A stretch of 63,762 nucleotides of DNA, filler included, from Octopus bimaculoides (taxonomy: Eukaryota): NCBI RefSeq assembly GCF_001194135.2. It is 5 parts of 5 records of this genome, joined end to end, with 100 filler letters (N's around TTAATTAATTAA, not from the genome) between each part and the next. Parts side by side here need not be neighbours in the genome. Positions count along the whole stretch, not along the records: positions 21,837 to 52,515 come from NC_068982.1; positions 52,616 to 58,460 come from NC_068999.1; 3 more parts are not named here. One strand, 5' to 3'. Both the position numbers and the translations under genes were made by a program. Under the pieces are notes generated by a model. The model was not told where the DNA came from and searched no databases. It saw nothing but the letters and a program-made list of their open reading frames with translations. Positions 38,700 to 52,662 of the stretch are shown here, one piece after another. Position 1 is the first letter of the stretch, and every line of letters starts with the position of its first letter.

Positions 38700-38949
38700 A
38701 CGCCTGTTTTAATGATTAACATTTAAAGTAATGTATTAGAAGACTCGATAGAACAGCGAGTATAATGCAAGAGGAATTGACAGAAGCGGCATGAATACGA
38801 AAATTCCCAGTAACATATTTTGGTTAGTGTTATGCATTCTATCCCGATCTTTCTGCAAATAAATCAGAAATATACTGTTGTTGAGTTTAGTTTATACTGT
38901 CCCTGTCTAAAATAGTTTGGCTTATATTTTATTACAGTAAACAATATTC

Positions 38950-39085
38950 GTTTAAAATTTTGACACAACACCACGATCCCGAAAGATGAAAGGCAAAGCC
39001 AACTTAGGCGAAATTTCAACTAGGAATATAAAAACGGACGAAATACCGCTAAGCATGTAACCTGGTGTTCTAACGATTCTTCCAA
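38950..39085 (-). mobile_element. SINE group B fragment
   Basis: cccgaaagatgaaaggcaaag...acggacgaaataccgctaagcat...ctaacgattct. Confidence 0.75.
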
Positions 39086-42000
39086 TATTCCGTAATTTAT
39101 TTCAGCAAACGATATTGAAGCTGATGTATCGCCACAAGCGGTGGAGGGATCACATTTTTATTTATTTAATAAAGTTCTATTGTTATTTATGTTTAATAAA
39201 GTTTTGAGTTGAAAAGTCGCTGAAATATAATGAAGGCGCCTTCTGTGACTTCATAATCGCCAAAAGTGTTTGAATGTGAGTGAATGTAAGAATATACTGG
39301 CAATATATAAATAAAATGAAACAGATTTAACAAAAACACTGATTTTAACTGCTAAATGGAATTTAATATACCTCCGAATCTATGTTCCAGAACATTAGTC
39401 TGTGTTCGGACCATTCTAGCGCATTCTGTGATATCATGTTTACATGTGCTTATTTCGAAACATTAAGACAATAAACACAATGTATTTCGGTCGGTATGGG
39501 CGCAGGTATGTCTGTGTGTTCAACAAGTCTACGTCGACGTAACTACATGTTTTGGGTTCGATACTGCTTCATGTAACCTCAGACAAGTAGGTTATAATTT
39601 AAATCCAAGTGGACCAAAACGCTGGGGACATCGTCATTGAAGTCTAGGCTTCGTTGATTATGCCGCAATGATTCATTAAAATGTCCTTAGTTATCCAAGC
39701 AATATCCTATTTTCCTAAAGACATTATTATTCTTAACTCATTATTTATTCACTGTAATTGTATCATAGGAATATGAGAGCAGAACGTGCTCAAAATCTTA
39801 GATTGTTACTCGTATCTCTAGGTTATTATCCGCGGGGTTTTAAATAAAGGAAGGTATTGAGCATCAGATGAGTTAGACCGTTTTGTCCGTGATCATCATT
39901 TGGGCGTATTGTCGTTAAGCTTTAAGACATATCAGAAGAATGAAAATTTAAATGAAGCTAAGGCGTTACAGAGCGTATTTCAAATATAATTGTTATATTT
40001 AGTATTTGTTGTTGATTTTTGATGTAGAAAACACGAGAATCTTTGTCTGGAATAACAAATAAAAAAGTGATTAAATTCTACAGAGGAAATGATGGTGGTA
40101 TAGATATATCCAGAGCGAATTCTTCAGGAGTTAAATTTCCTCAGAAGAATCTTATAAAGTTGCTATCCCGGTCAAAAAATGGAGATTTTTTCGATTTAAC
40201 ACTTGTCTGGTTATTGATTTAGTCATAAAGATATAAGGAATTTATTTGTTTTCCCTGTTTGAGATCTGTGTAAAGAAATGTGTGCCATTTAAACGTGACT
40301 ATGTTTGTGAAAGTAAATTAGAGAATTGGCTTGAGATATTGGATTAGGTTGAAATGAAAACAGCAGCTCATTGGAATTTTATTTATAAAGTTGAGATTGG
40401 TAGCAATGCAGATGGCAATTAAAATAGAAGAAATGTTGCTGACATAGGCTATCTTGTTAGTACATTTAAATGTGTATATGCATTATATGATTGTAATCAA
40501 GACATAGATAGGCAAGAAATTCAATCAATAGTTGACAGTAGACTAAGATTACAATGGGGGCGTTAGTGAAAACTGGAGATAGTGAAAACTAGATAAAAAG
40601 CAAATACAATGCACGGTTATGACATATATAATATGAAGCAATTAAAATAGTAGATTAATGACATTTATTATGAAGCAATTAGAATAGTAAGGTATGATAA
40701 TCATTTATCACCAATTTGAATTCTTAATTAGAAGAACCTTAAGTTAAATTCAATCAGTTACGAAATATTAAGATAATTGAAGTCAACTTAATCTAATTTT
40801 CGATTTAGTTTTGATATTCTTGTTAGAGGAACTGAAAACAGTAGACTAATGATAAGTTCAATATATCGCATCCTTAGATATAATTATTCCATTCGATTCG
40901 CATCAATAATGCAATTTACACCATCTCACGTTTTCTATGTTAAAGAAATAAATTTTGACAGAAACTTTGATACAAAAATTTATTTAAATTGGTATTAACA
41001 GATTAAATTGATTTCTAAAATGTCTGTCATAATTTAAAGATTAATTTTGATATCATCAAATACAGTTTGAAGAAAACTATCTATAGGGCAACGTACACAA
41101 AATTAGTTATTCTCTCAGGAATAAATAACTTATGAAACAACAAGATGTAAATAAAGCATATTTCTTTGTTCATATTAAATATAAGATTTCATTTTTTTAT
41201 TTAAGGGGAAGTACACCGAAGGAAGAACTACAGGTGCATATTAAAAGGGATTAGGCATGAAAGGTAAGTTAACGGAATGTTTTAGCAGCTTTATACTCAT
41301 AATTCATTAAGAGAATAAGTAAGGTAAATAAAATATTTATGGTTTTAGTTCTGAACCAAAATTTTTATGATCAAAATCCATAATAAGGAAGTAATGGAAT
41401 CTAACACAACAGGGAATAAAAATCTTTATTTAATGTTGATATTAGAAAATATATTATGCTTTGTTCTTTAATGAACTTGGAACTGAAAATACCTAAGAGA
41501 ACGTCATAATGGGTTAATAACCGAAGACCGGCGATTTCGATTTTGTTGTATCAAATTCAAAAACCATCGTAGGTTGTGCAAGCGAGACTGTTTAAAGTAC
41601 TCAGTATTCAGCTACTACACTAGGTTTTGTAAGTGTCATACAAGTGTGAGTAAAATTACATATCTCACACAAAATATCAATTAAATATTTTCAAATTAAA
41701 ATTTTAAGCATAATTTAGTTATTACTCTGTTTATAAAATTACAAATTTTCTAATTTTTAAGCCTCATCTCATCTTTAGAGATAATATACTTTTATTCCTC
41801 GATATTATCTATTATCAACTACGTCACCCATGCTTCTAAGAACATTATTATGGATAAGAACATTATTATTAAATTAGAAATTAATATTTGTTCGAACTGA
41901 ACCAACTAGTATCGGACAAGGGGCAATTGATGAAGATTGGATTCGTTACCAAGTTGTTGGAAACTTTGTGAAGATACACAACAAATTTGAAAAAAAAAAA

Positions 42001-43519
42001 AAGTTTAATTTCTACAGATGACGTAGCTGGTCTGAAAACTTATAATCTTAGTGTCATTAAATCGCTTCAGATATTTAGACATTTAAAGTGTATAGAGATT
42101 TTATGTTTTTGATTATTGTATGATAGCAAGAGAATGAATTCAATAAGTAGAATGACACCAAGACTAATTACATCTTTAGTGGAATCTGCTAAATATATTA
42201 ATTAAACATAGTACTTGACATTACTCCGAATAATCTGTGCTCAACGTAGAAAAATATCAATCCCTAGTAATAAAGTACAGTTATAAATACCAGCAACAAT
42301 AAACAATTATTTAATCCAAAATTAATACCAAGTTAAATTTCGTCACTACTCTAAATAGAGAAATAATACAAAAGATTATAAAAGCTACAAACGCGTAAAA
42401 TCTATCAGTAATGTTAAATAGAAAATAAAATAATATCAAAGCGACTAATTAATTAATTACACTCTCCTAACACTGTCGTTTTCTTTCTTCCATATATAGT
42501 CTATTAACACTTCTGAGACCTATCCAAAACTTAATCGTGTAATAAAGTGAAATCATCCACGATATTCCTTGCGAGTTCGCTCGACTTGCTAAGAATAGCA
42601 GCTTAAGTGTCATAAATGACACATACTATCATAAAAAATGCGAAACACGTCCAATATGATAGGATGGAATGATCGTGATTACGATACTTTGACCACAAGT
42701 TGGGTGTAGGACTAAACCATAACGACATCAACATTTCAATTTTATTCATATAATAACAGTAAAGCAAGTAGTATATGGACTCTCTGCAAATCTCACAAGA
42801 AGATTTGAAGCTAAAGATTTCAAAATATTATCTTATCTCGTCTGTACGTGCATGGAGAAAGTAGAAACCATAATGTCATATGACCCATTTATTCTGGCCA
42901 CAATTCAGTAGGTCAGCTGAAGCATACACAGTCAGAGAAAAGGAAAACAATGCACAAGAGAATTGTAACTTTGGGCATAGGGAACAATGATCTTAAAGAC
43001 AACTAACTTTGTGAAATCTAGATTTATGATCGACAGACGGCATAACTTGAGAAGATTTTTATCTTGTACCCACCAAAAGTCCATCTCCGTGATCCCAAAA
43101 TACTAATGCACAAAATGCAAAAAATACGCCAGAATAAATTTTCACTGAAAGCTAAATTTAGCTACCACCTTTTAAATTGTACAAAACCAAAACGTAAAGC
43201 ACGAACTGCGATGTAGAAATGTAAAAGGACTAGAGGATGCGACAGATAAACATATCGTATCTTGTACTGAATCTAGAAAATGTTCAGCAAACAGAAAGCT
43301 TCAAGACGTCTTCTGTCTACCAAAAAGAAAAAAAAAGTTGCGGTGCACAAATATTACTTTTATAAAAGCATTCTCACAGAGATATTTCTCTTTTAGTGGC
43401 TTACTGCATGGTGACAAAGTTTCCCTGAAAATGAAGTAACATTATAATCCTCAAAAAATTATTATTTCATGGATCTAAGTATTGAAGGAGTAAAACGTAC
43501 AATTTGTGGTATGTCAGAC

Positions 43520-43720
43520 TACCTCATGGTCCCAGCAGATAAAATAGGAAAGGTGTTGCCCTGAAGGATAGCGGAGATGCGTGGGAACAGCTACTCTGAC
43601 TCATTGGGTCGTACGTGTGGACAGCCATCTCCGCTCCGATAGCGGTGAGCAGGGATATAGTTCGGGGGCCAAAAACGCTGGAGGTCTTCATTACCACAGG
43701 CTCGACCATAAACCTGTCTG
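43520..43720 (-). mobile_element. C-terminal RLE fragment of a CRE/NeSL-like non-LTR retrotransposon
   Basis: VEPVVMKTSSVFGPRTISLLTAIGAEMAVHTYDP, then after a frameshift LFPRISAILQGN. Compare the family pattern FxPxxxETxGxxG...GDPR...LFQRISxAIQRGN. Confidence 0.6.
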
Positions 43721-45170
43721 ATAGCGACCGAACGGGGGAAAGCTAAATTAAGCCTTCAAATGAAACGATCTTTTAATAACCATCTTCACTCCATTCTCTC
43801 AGAGGGGAAATGGTTAAAAATTACTCAGATGTTACTAAAACAGTAAACAAGAAAATAGCATATATGACTACATAACACAGATGTAGAACATCCGTGTAAC
43901 ATAACATGGTTGTTCAGAAAATCTTAGAATATAAACAGATGTTCTTAATTCAATGTAGCTTAACTCACCAAATTATGTTGCAGAGTGAACCCTTATATTG
44001 GAACTGTCGCAGAAGATTTCCTGCATTCAAGTGCCTCCGTAAAGGAGAGTGAATCCTGGATTCAGAATAACTCATTTACTGCCGAAGAGAATGAGTGAGG
44101 ACAATAGGAAATAAAATTAATGAGTGTAGAGGGTATTCAGACTGAATTATTGTTATTCAACATTCCTGTATTTCAAACCAGTGCAACCTCGCCTTTTTAA
44201 CTGCCATAGATAAGATATATTCAGCATCTGATTTATGAAAATCCAGCTTATTTTAATACTCAATGTACCATTCCTACAAGGTTCAATGCTTCGGATACTT
44301 TTGTTTTCGGTCTTCTCAGATGAAGCCACAACCAAGAGAGCATAGAGAAATGTGACGCTATATGAAGATGTCATTTGGAAGAATTAACTCGTGGCCTCTT
44401 CCTACGTCAAATATCGCACACTGGACAAAGTTCTCTGCAAACGACTATCAGAACTAACTCCAGTAACTGTCATAAAATCCATTCCGACTGTCAATTTCAA
44501 AAACTGCTTGAAAAATATGTTTTGGCGTTCACAGTATCAGAAACACAGTAAACCAGTGATTGACCCATCGGAGACCTACAATTCTCAAATTAATAAAAAT
44601 AAATATTTTATTTTCAAACAACTTTCGGACTAAGTCACAGTGCAATAAAATCTCAACTTAGTTGTTAAAACAACGTATAATATCAAAGGATTATAAACAT
44701 ATTTAAAATTAAGTCCAAACTTGGTATATTTAACTTAAGTAATACGTAGCCATTAAAAGGTCTTCGCATGTATTAAGGAGAGATGACATCTGAAATTACA
44801 ATTATACCAGAGATGGTTTTTTGGTACCGGAACATATCTCACGAAGTCAGGTGGTCCGTCGACATTTTGAAAATAAAACTGGTAAGTGGCATACTAATAT
44901 TTTAAAGACTGGGGGCCTCATTGTTAGAACCTCTACCTAAATACACAGTATTTCTTCATGTAATGTTTATTCAAAATACTTATTTTAAGGATTTTGTAGT
45001 GGTCCTTTTATTTTGAAAAAAATTATAGGTATCTGAGTAGCTTTCTTGATGTAACTAATCTTCAATAAATCATATAGTGTTAATCATATGGTTAAATGAA
45101 TATATTTAAGCAAATACGGTTAAATAGTGTGTTAATATTGTGATATTGTTCATCTATGTTAAGCGAAAGT

Positions 45171-45230
45171 TTTTATCCAAATATATTGTGATCTGCAACT
45201 CTGTATTTCACTGAAATTCTTTATGCGCTT
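45171..45230 (+). repeat. 60-bp direct repeat, copy 1 (copy 2 at 50407-50467)
   Basis: ttttatccaaatatattgtgatctgcaactctgta-tttcactgaaattctttatgcgctt. One indel and one substitution between the copies. Confidence 0.92.
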
Positions 45231-45239
45231 GTTGGTTTG

Positions 45240-45750
45240 TATGTATGTTGTATGTATGTATATATGTATGTGCAGATTTGTATGTTTTATGTGTGTATTT
45301 TCATGTATATAATTACATATCTAGACATGCTCATATATATTTAAATGATAAAACGTCTGCAAAGTTTTACAGATTTTTACTGTTCCAGTGGTGGATTGGA
45401 TCTGTAGTCTGCGAATTAGCTTTCTCCTTTCTGGTTTTGAGAAATTTGATTCCTTCAGATTGGTATTTAGGCAGTGTGTAACATATCGCAGGGCCCCAAT
45501 AATGACAGGTATATACCTGAACTTGTAATCTGGATAGAGTAACTGCAGATTTCTCAATAGTTCAGTATAGGTGATCTTCAGCTTTATGTTATCATCCGCT
45601 TGGCAGCTAATTTCCACAACTGTGCTCAGTTTCTCTTCTCTATCCCAAATCATTATATCAGGTCTGTTGTGCTTACATTTTATTGAGGTCTTCACTGATA
45701 CATTCCAACAGTATTCCTTTTCATTATGAGTGGCTATGACTTCTACCATA
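45240..45750 (-). mobile_element. 3' end of an R4/Dong-like LINE: restriction-like endonuclease, 3' UTR and (TACA)n-type tail
   Basis: ORF 45321-45749: HNRPDIMIWDREEKLSTVVEISCQAD...YKFRYIPVIIGAL...GTVKICKT, the PD-(D/E)xK RLE of R4/Dong ORFs. Confidence 0.82.
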
Positions 45751-46069
45751 TTGTGGACTTATTTCTTTTTCCTCGGGATTATCCTTACGACGGATTTCAT
45801 TATGTATGTATGCAAGTATGTATATATATGTATGTCTGCATGCATGTACGTATGTACGTATATAAATATATATATATGTGTGTGTGTGCGTACGTATGTA
45901 TGTATATATATATGTGTGTGTGCATGTATGTATACATATATGTGTGTGTACGTATGCATGTGTGTATGTATGTACGTGCATATATATAGACACGCATTAT
46001 ATATACATATATATACATACATACATATACTGTATGCATGTATATGCATAAATTATATGCATACGCGTA

Positions 46070-46670
46070 GGAGTGGCTCTGTGGTAAGTAGCTTGCTAAC
46101 GAACCACGTGGTTCCGGGTTCAGTCCCACTGCGTGGTACCTTGGGCAAGTGTCTTCTACTATAGCCTCGGGCTGACCAAAGCCTTGTGAGTGGATTTGGT
46201 AGACGGAAACTGAAAGAAGCCCGTCGTATATATGTATATATATANNNNNNNNNNNNNNNNNNNNNNNNNNNNNNNNNNNNNNNNNNNNNNNNNNNNNNNN
46301 NNNNNNNNNNNNNNNNNNNNNNNNNNNNNNNNNNNNNNNNNNNNNNNNNNNNNNNNNNNNNNNNNNNNNNNNNNNNNNNNNNNNNNNNNNNNNNNNNNNN
46401 NNNNNNNNNNNNNNNNNNNNNNNNNNNNNNNTATATATATTCATATATGTATGTGTTTGTATATGATTGTGTGTCTGTGTTTGTCCCCCCACCAACATCG
46501 CTTGACAACCGATGCTGGTGTGTTTACGTCTCCATAACTTAGCGGTACGGCATAAGAGACCGATAGAATAAGTACTAGGCTTACAAAGAATAAGTCCTGG
46601 GGTTAATTTGTTCGACTAAAGGCGGTGCTCCAGCATGGCCGCAGTCAAATGACTGAAACAAGGAAAAGGG
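46070..46670 (+). mobile_element. SINE group A, full length, with gap in the internal microsatellite
   Basis: Head gtaggagtggctctgtggtaagtagcttgct...gggttcagtccc through tail gactgaaacaagg. Confidence 0.9.
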
Positions 46671-47660
46671 GTATATACACGCACACACACAAACGCATAC
46701 ACACAGATAAACATATATATAAAAGAAAGACGAGCTAATATAATATAGCGTGGAATGCTACACATTTTCGATTTCAGAATTTTCTCTAAGCCAAATTGAC
46801 GGTATCAATATCGCAGATCCCAGTATTACACATGTAACTGAAAGCAAGTAGCTGTAGCTGCTAATTACTGCGCTATCAAAGTCGTTAGCTTTGTATAGCT
46901 GACCAAGCAATGTGCTTTCCTGTTTGGAAAAGAGCTGATGCATTCTCTAGTCTCTTCCATGTTAAACGATAGAACTAACTGTTACTTGTGCGGATTGTAA
47001 TTTCTAGTTGCAGACGTCCACCGTTTGTGCGAAGAAGATAGATAACTTGGTGGGGTTTATGATAAGCAAAATTTTTCTCCTTCCTTAAACACAAAGGAAA
47101 TCCTTTCGTCACAACGAACGACAAGATATCGAGAATGGTTCAATCGCATTGTTATTGGTGTAATTTTAGTAGCGGTCACTGCGGTGTTAGTTGGTGTTGA
47201 TTCGATGTTGCTGTCGCTATTCACCATAGTTTAGCTGCTTTCAACTTTGGTCAGCAAATGTCCGCTTCCGACTGCCTGGTTTCTCCTATCTCTCGATGAT
47301 CTCTGTCAAATAGATAAAATGTGCTGAATTCATAGTGCTATATAAACTCAGAAAGAAAGGTGCAAAAATATGGAATTATTACTGGAGGTCAGTTCTAGTC
47401 GAAGTCGTGATTGGTTAAATATTATTAACATATGGGTAATATTCTAGCGAATCGCCACACCAGATGATGCGACTGCTGAATATTCCTCACGATCCCTACT
47501 CCCTCCCCTCCCCTCTCCATCCCCTCTCCCTCCCCTCTCCCTCCCCTCTCCNNNNNNNNNNNNNNNNNNNNNNNNNNNNNNNNNNNNNNNNNNNNNNNNN
47601 NNNNNNNNNNNNNNNNNNNNNNNNNNNNNNNNNNNNNNNNNNNNNNNNNNNNNNNNNNNN

Positions 47661-47710
<50 letters not shown>

Positions 47711-49974
47711 TATTACGCGTGAATTATATATTCATTATATATGTATATATAATTACATGTACACTTTATGTTTTAACTAACGCATTTCATTTTCTTGCTA
47801 TCTTCAATTTAGAAGACGTTTATAATATTCTCCATTTAAATCTAATTTTCAGTAATCTAGAATATTTAAATGAACTCAAACTTATGTAAATTTTTAGTAA
47901 TTGTTGGCAAATTTACCGAAATTTCCTCAAATTTCATAGTAAATAAATATAATTACATATAATTAATTTTTGGCACGTTTTCAAGTTGTAATATATTTTG
48001 CAAAGACATTAAATTTTAGTAAATGTACACATAAATTCATGTTAATCTAAGTAAACGTTACACATAAAGACAAATGTATTAAAATGCTTGCACATCTAAA
48101 AAAGGTGACAATAGATTAAATAAACATCTTAAATATTCTACAGCAACTTATTTTCTATTAATAGATTTATTAGTTTAAATAAATATAACCTTACAAATCT
48201 ATGCAGTTTGTTGTAGCGTAATATGTTTAGCTGATTTCATATATTTTCCTTTGCTTCCTAAATGTTGATAATGTACACATAACGATATATCGTCAGTCTG
48301 GGAGTTGTATGGCTAGTATATGATAGACTGAGGCAATGCATGAAACACTAGACTATACATGGTCTAAGGCAAATAAACTTGATGCATCTGAAATTCCTAT
48401 TGACATATTTTTCAATGCAGAAGCAGTTCGTTATTAATTTCCAAGGATTCAAAATTTTAGACTTTAAAATAAATGATTTTAATGTCGCAATATGTCTATA
48501 TAAACTCTGAAAGACAAAATATTTAAGTTATGAAATATTTTCGTCATCTTATATGTGTAGTGGTCTCAGCTACATAAGACAATGAAATATTTGAAGTACA
48601 AAAAGCAAAGTGAATCATATAGTAAACATAGGTAATAGACTTTGAACAAAGTTTGTTTCCAAGGATAATGGATAACTCTGTAGTTTATTGGAATGCGAAT
48701 CCATAGGAAACTGACTCACGTGGGGTCTAAAAGTAACCTCAAACAACTTAAGTCGTATATCACTCTAAATGCACAAACAAATAAATTTAGTCTTCTTTAG
48801 AAACTTATCTCCATATCTTCCAAGGTTAGGAATAATTATGATTAACAACCTAGTGAATGCAAAAAAAGAAATAATAATAAATAAATGAAAATAAAAAACT
48901 TAAAGCATAACAACAGACATCACAGCAAATCAAAAGTGAGGACACGCGCATATTTAAACAAATAATCTTGGAGATGATACAATAACATTATAAATGATAG
49001 GTAGCCTGGAAAGCCACGAAAGTAATGCATAAAGCATATAAACAAAATCACTGTACCCATAATATAGATGAAATCATTGAGATTGATGGATCAATGCGAG
49101 CAATGATGAATGTAAGAAGATATTCTACTAAGAGTCTCTCTGGCTGTCTTATTCGCTCTTCCTCATGCGCGCACAAGCACAAATAACATAAATACATGAC
49201 AAGCAACACACACATATATTCAATCACAGACATACAAACGCACACACATCAAACACAAGATGGCAGTTAACATATCTCGTTTGGTTATAACTTTCTAACA
49301 CAACGAAATATATATATATATATATATATANNNNNNNNNNNNNNNNNNNNNNNNNNNNNNNNNNNNNNNNNNNNNNNNNNNNNNNNNNNNNNNNNNNNNN
49401 NNNNNNNNNNNNNNNNNNNNNNNNNNNNNNNNNNNNNNNNNNNNNNNNNNNNNNNNNNNNNNNNNNNNNNNNNNNNNNNNNNNNNNNNNNNNNNNNNNNN
49501 NNNNNNNNNNNNNNNNNNNNNNNNNNNNNNNNNNNNNNNNNNNNNNNNNNNNNNNNNNNNNNNNNNNNNNNNNNNNNNNNNNNNNNNNNNNNNNNNNNNN
49601 NNNNNNNNNNNNNNNNNNNNNNNNNNNNNNNNNNNNNNNNNNNNNNNNNNNNNNNNNNNNNNNNNNNNNNNNNNNNNNNNNNNNNNNNNNNNNNNNNNNN
49701 NNNNNNNNNNNNNNNNNNNNNNNNNNNNNNNNNNNNNNNNNNNNNNNNNNNNNNNNNNNNNNNNNNNNNNNNNNNNNNNNNNNNNNNNNNNNNNNNNNNN
49801 NNNNNNNNNNNNNNNNNNNNNNNNNNNNNNNNNNNNNNNNNNNNNNNNNNNNNNNNNNNNNNNNNNNNNNNNNNNNNNNNNNNNNNNNNNNNNNNNNNNN
49901 NNNNNNNNNNNNNNNNNNNNNNNNNNNNNNNNNNNNNNNNNNNNNNNNNNNNNNNNNNNNNNNNNNNNNNNNNN

Positions 49975-50039
<65 letters not shown>

Positions 50040-50611
50040 GTTACATAAAGATACACATACATATATAAACGTAATATCTATATACACATAATACAAATGA
50101 ACATATATGTATATAAAAGTACGTATACGTATGCATAAGTATGTGCGTATATATTCATGTATGTGAATGAATACATTACATAAATGTACATATAGACATA
50201 CACAGGTATGTAGCCACACACACACACACATAGACAAACACACCTATATTTCCTGCGGAATCTGGAAATGCTAGAGACTGGCTTTGAACAACATAATCTT
50301 TAGTATAAGCATTTACTAACGTACGTTGTCATCTAGTTTTTTTTGAGGCAGCTTTCACATTTCTCTTATATATAAAACTGCATTACGGAAGGTATGTAAT
50401 CATTGCTTTTATCCAAATATATTGTGATCTGCAACTCTGTAATTCCACTGAAATTCTTTATGCGCTTATTCAAATTCAAATACTAGAAACCGAAGAGACT
50501 TCTTGAACATATTCTGCTTATTCAGCCAAATAATTATATATTTCTCTGCGATTGGCATCTAGTTCGTTAATTTAGTTGAACATTTTTTCCAAGCACATAA
50601 AAACCTATATA

Positions 50612-50750
<139 letters not shown>

Positions 50751-52461
50751 ACCTGTATCTGTGTGTCTGTGTTTGGATATGAGTATATATACACACATGT
50801 ATATATATATATTCCCATGCATACACAGACACAGACGCACACACGCACTCACACAAGCATACCTACACGCATACACTGGCACACACATACACACATTCAC
50901 TCTCACACACATACAAGTTGTCTCAAAATGATGGGACTTAAATGTTCTACACTTTCCTTAAATATTCTTTTACAGTTCTAGTTACTTTCTCCTTCTAAAC
51001 ATAGTAGAATTTCAGATGGGGATTTCCTTGCCAATCCTACACATGAAGGTTCCATCGCTGGCTCGTGTTAAGTGGTCGACTCTTGAGACACGCATAGTAG
51101 TTGAACGAGATAAAAATTAGACTGGTCGAATTCCTTGTGTACGAATCTGGAAGAAGTAGAATCGTTTCTTGTTCATTTTTGTTTACGCAGGCAAGGCAGC
51201 TTGGCGGTTATTGATTTTGATACTGTATTGGCTTCTATGGACCCGTGTTGAGCATCCCGATGCTTAAAATTATCATGCCATAGGGTATCCTGTGTTTTCC
51301 TCTTGGGGTTATATCTAGGATTACATTGTACAATTTATCTTTTAATTGTAGGATATGGTTTCAAGATGAGAATATTAGGCCCAACAGAACAGGTAAAGGA
51401 GTGAAAGCGCCTGCCTGGACTTAATCTAGAAAGAATTGTCTTATGTTTACTGCGAGTCAATGTCTCGATACAATTGCAATACACCAAAAAAATCAGTATA
51501 TATGTATATACATACACGTACATATGTACATTTATTTTTATTTATATTGAGATATATATGTGTGTATGTGTGTGTGTGTGTGTGTGTTTGTGCGTGTCAG
51601 TGTGTGTGCGTCAGTGTTTATGCGTCTGTGTGTGTGTGTGAATATATGTATCTCTGTACTCGCTCACTCTCTCTCTCTCTCTCTTTCTCTCTCCCACAAC
51701 ACACACATACACACACAAACTAAAATAAATGGACAGCGATGTTGAGATAAAATCAAAAAAATATTCTATAGAGACTGCACAGATAAATTAGTAAAATATT
51801 CGATTCGTTAGATTTTTAGATATTATTAAATTTGATTAGTTGAAATGTACAAGTTGCTGCAGGCCGTAATATGAAATAGCTAAAAGCTGAGATGTTCTAA
51901 ATTGTACACATCGATATGATAATTACACTGACGCGATCAATGTTATTAGAAACAGATTAAAATATCAATGTTCAGGTTAATAATATCATTTAGTAATATT
52001 TATGAACACCATAGAAGTTTTAAATATAACGTAGATGATATACTTCAGAACCAGTTCCTTCATTAAATATATAATGTGAGAAACCAGAGGAATGAAGCCT
52101 ATTGATTGCTTCTTTATGAACCAGCCTCTGGCAGATGTGTATTGTTAATGACATTATCTAAATTTTAAGCGAAACGTCAACCGCAACCAAGTCAGTAGTT
52201 ACAGGAATAGAGATTTAACATTTTACAGATCTAAGATATTTTGAAACTGACCAGGGTATGGATATTATCTCTATTATATCGAACATATATAAATGTGTAT
52301 GTGTGTTTGCTAATATTTACACACACGCACACATAAACACACACACATTACACACACATATTAAACATACTCATGCACACATGTATATTACATACACACA
52401 CGCATATATATTCATGCAGATATTTATCGTTGTATTGCGCTCAATCTTTCACTAAATATTA

Positions 52462-52515
<54 letters not shown>

Positions 52516-52615
52516 NNNNNNNNNNNNNNNNNNNNNNNNNNNNNNNNNNNNNNNNNNNNTTAATTAATTAANNNNNNNNNNNNNNNNNNNNNNNNNNNNN
52601 NNNNNNNNNNNNNNN

Positions 52616-52662
<47 letters not shown>

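Noticed and set aside
43520-43745. GC-rich island with a 10-bp hairpin, considered as an rRNA fragment or ribozyme
   Set aside because: The minus-strand translation fits a CRE-like RLE C-terminus, and I recognise no rRNA or ribozyme consensus.
44153-44374. ORF with signal-peptide-like start (MTSSYSVTFLYALLVVASS)
   Set aside because: Short, no recognisable domain, no convincing donor site or promoter. Expected by chance.
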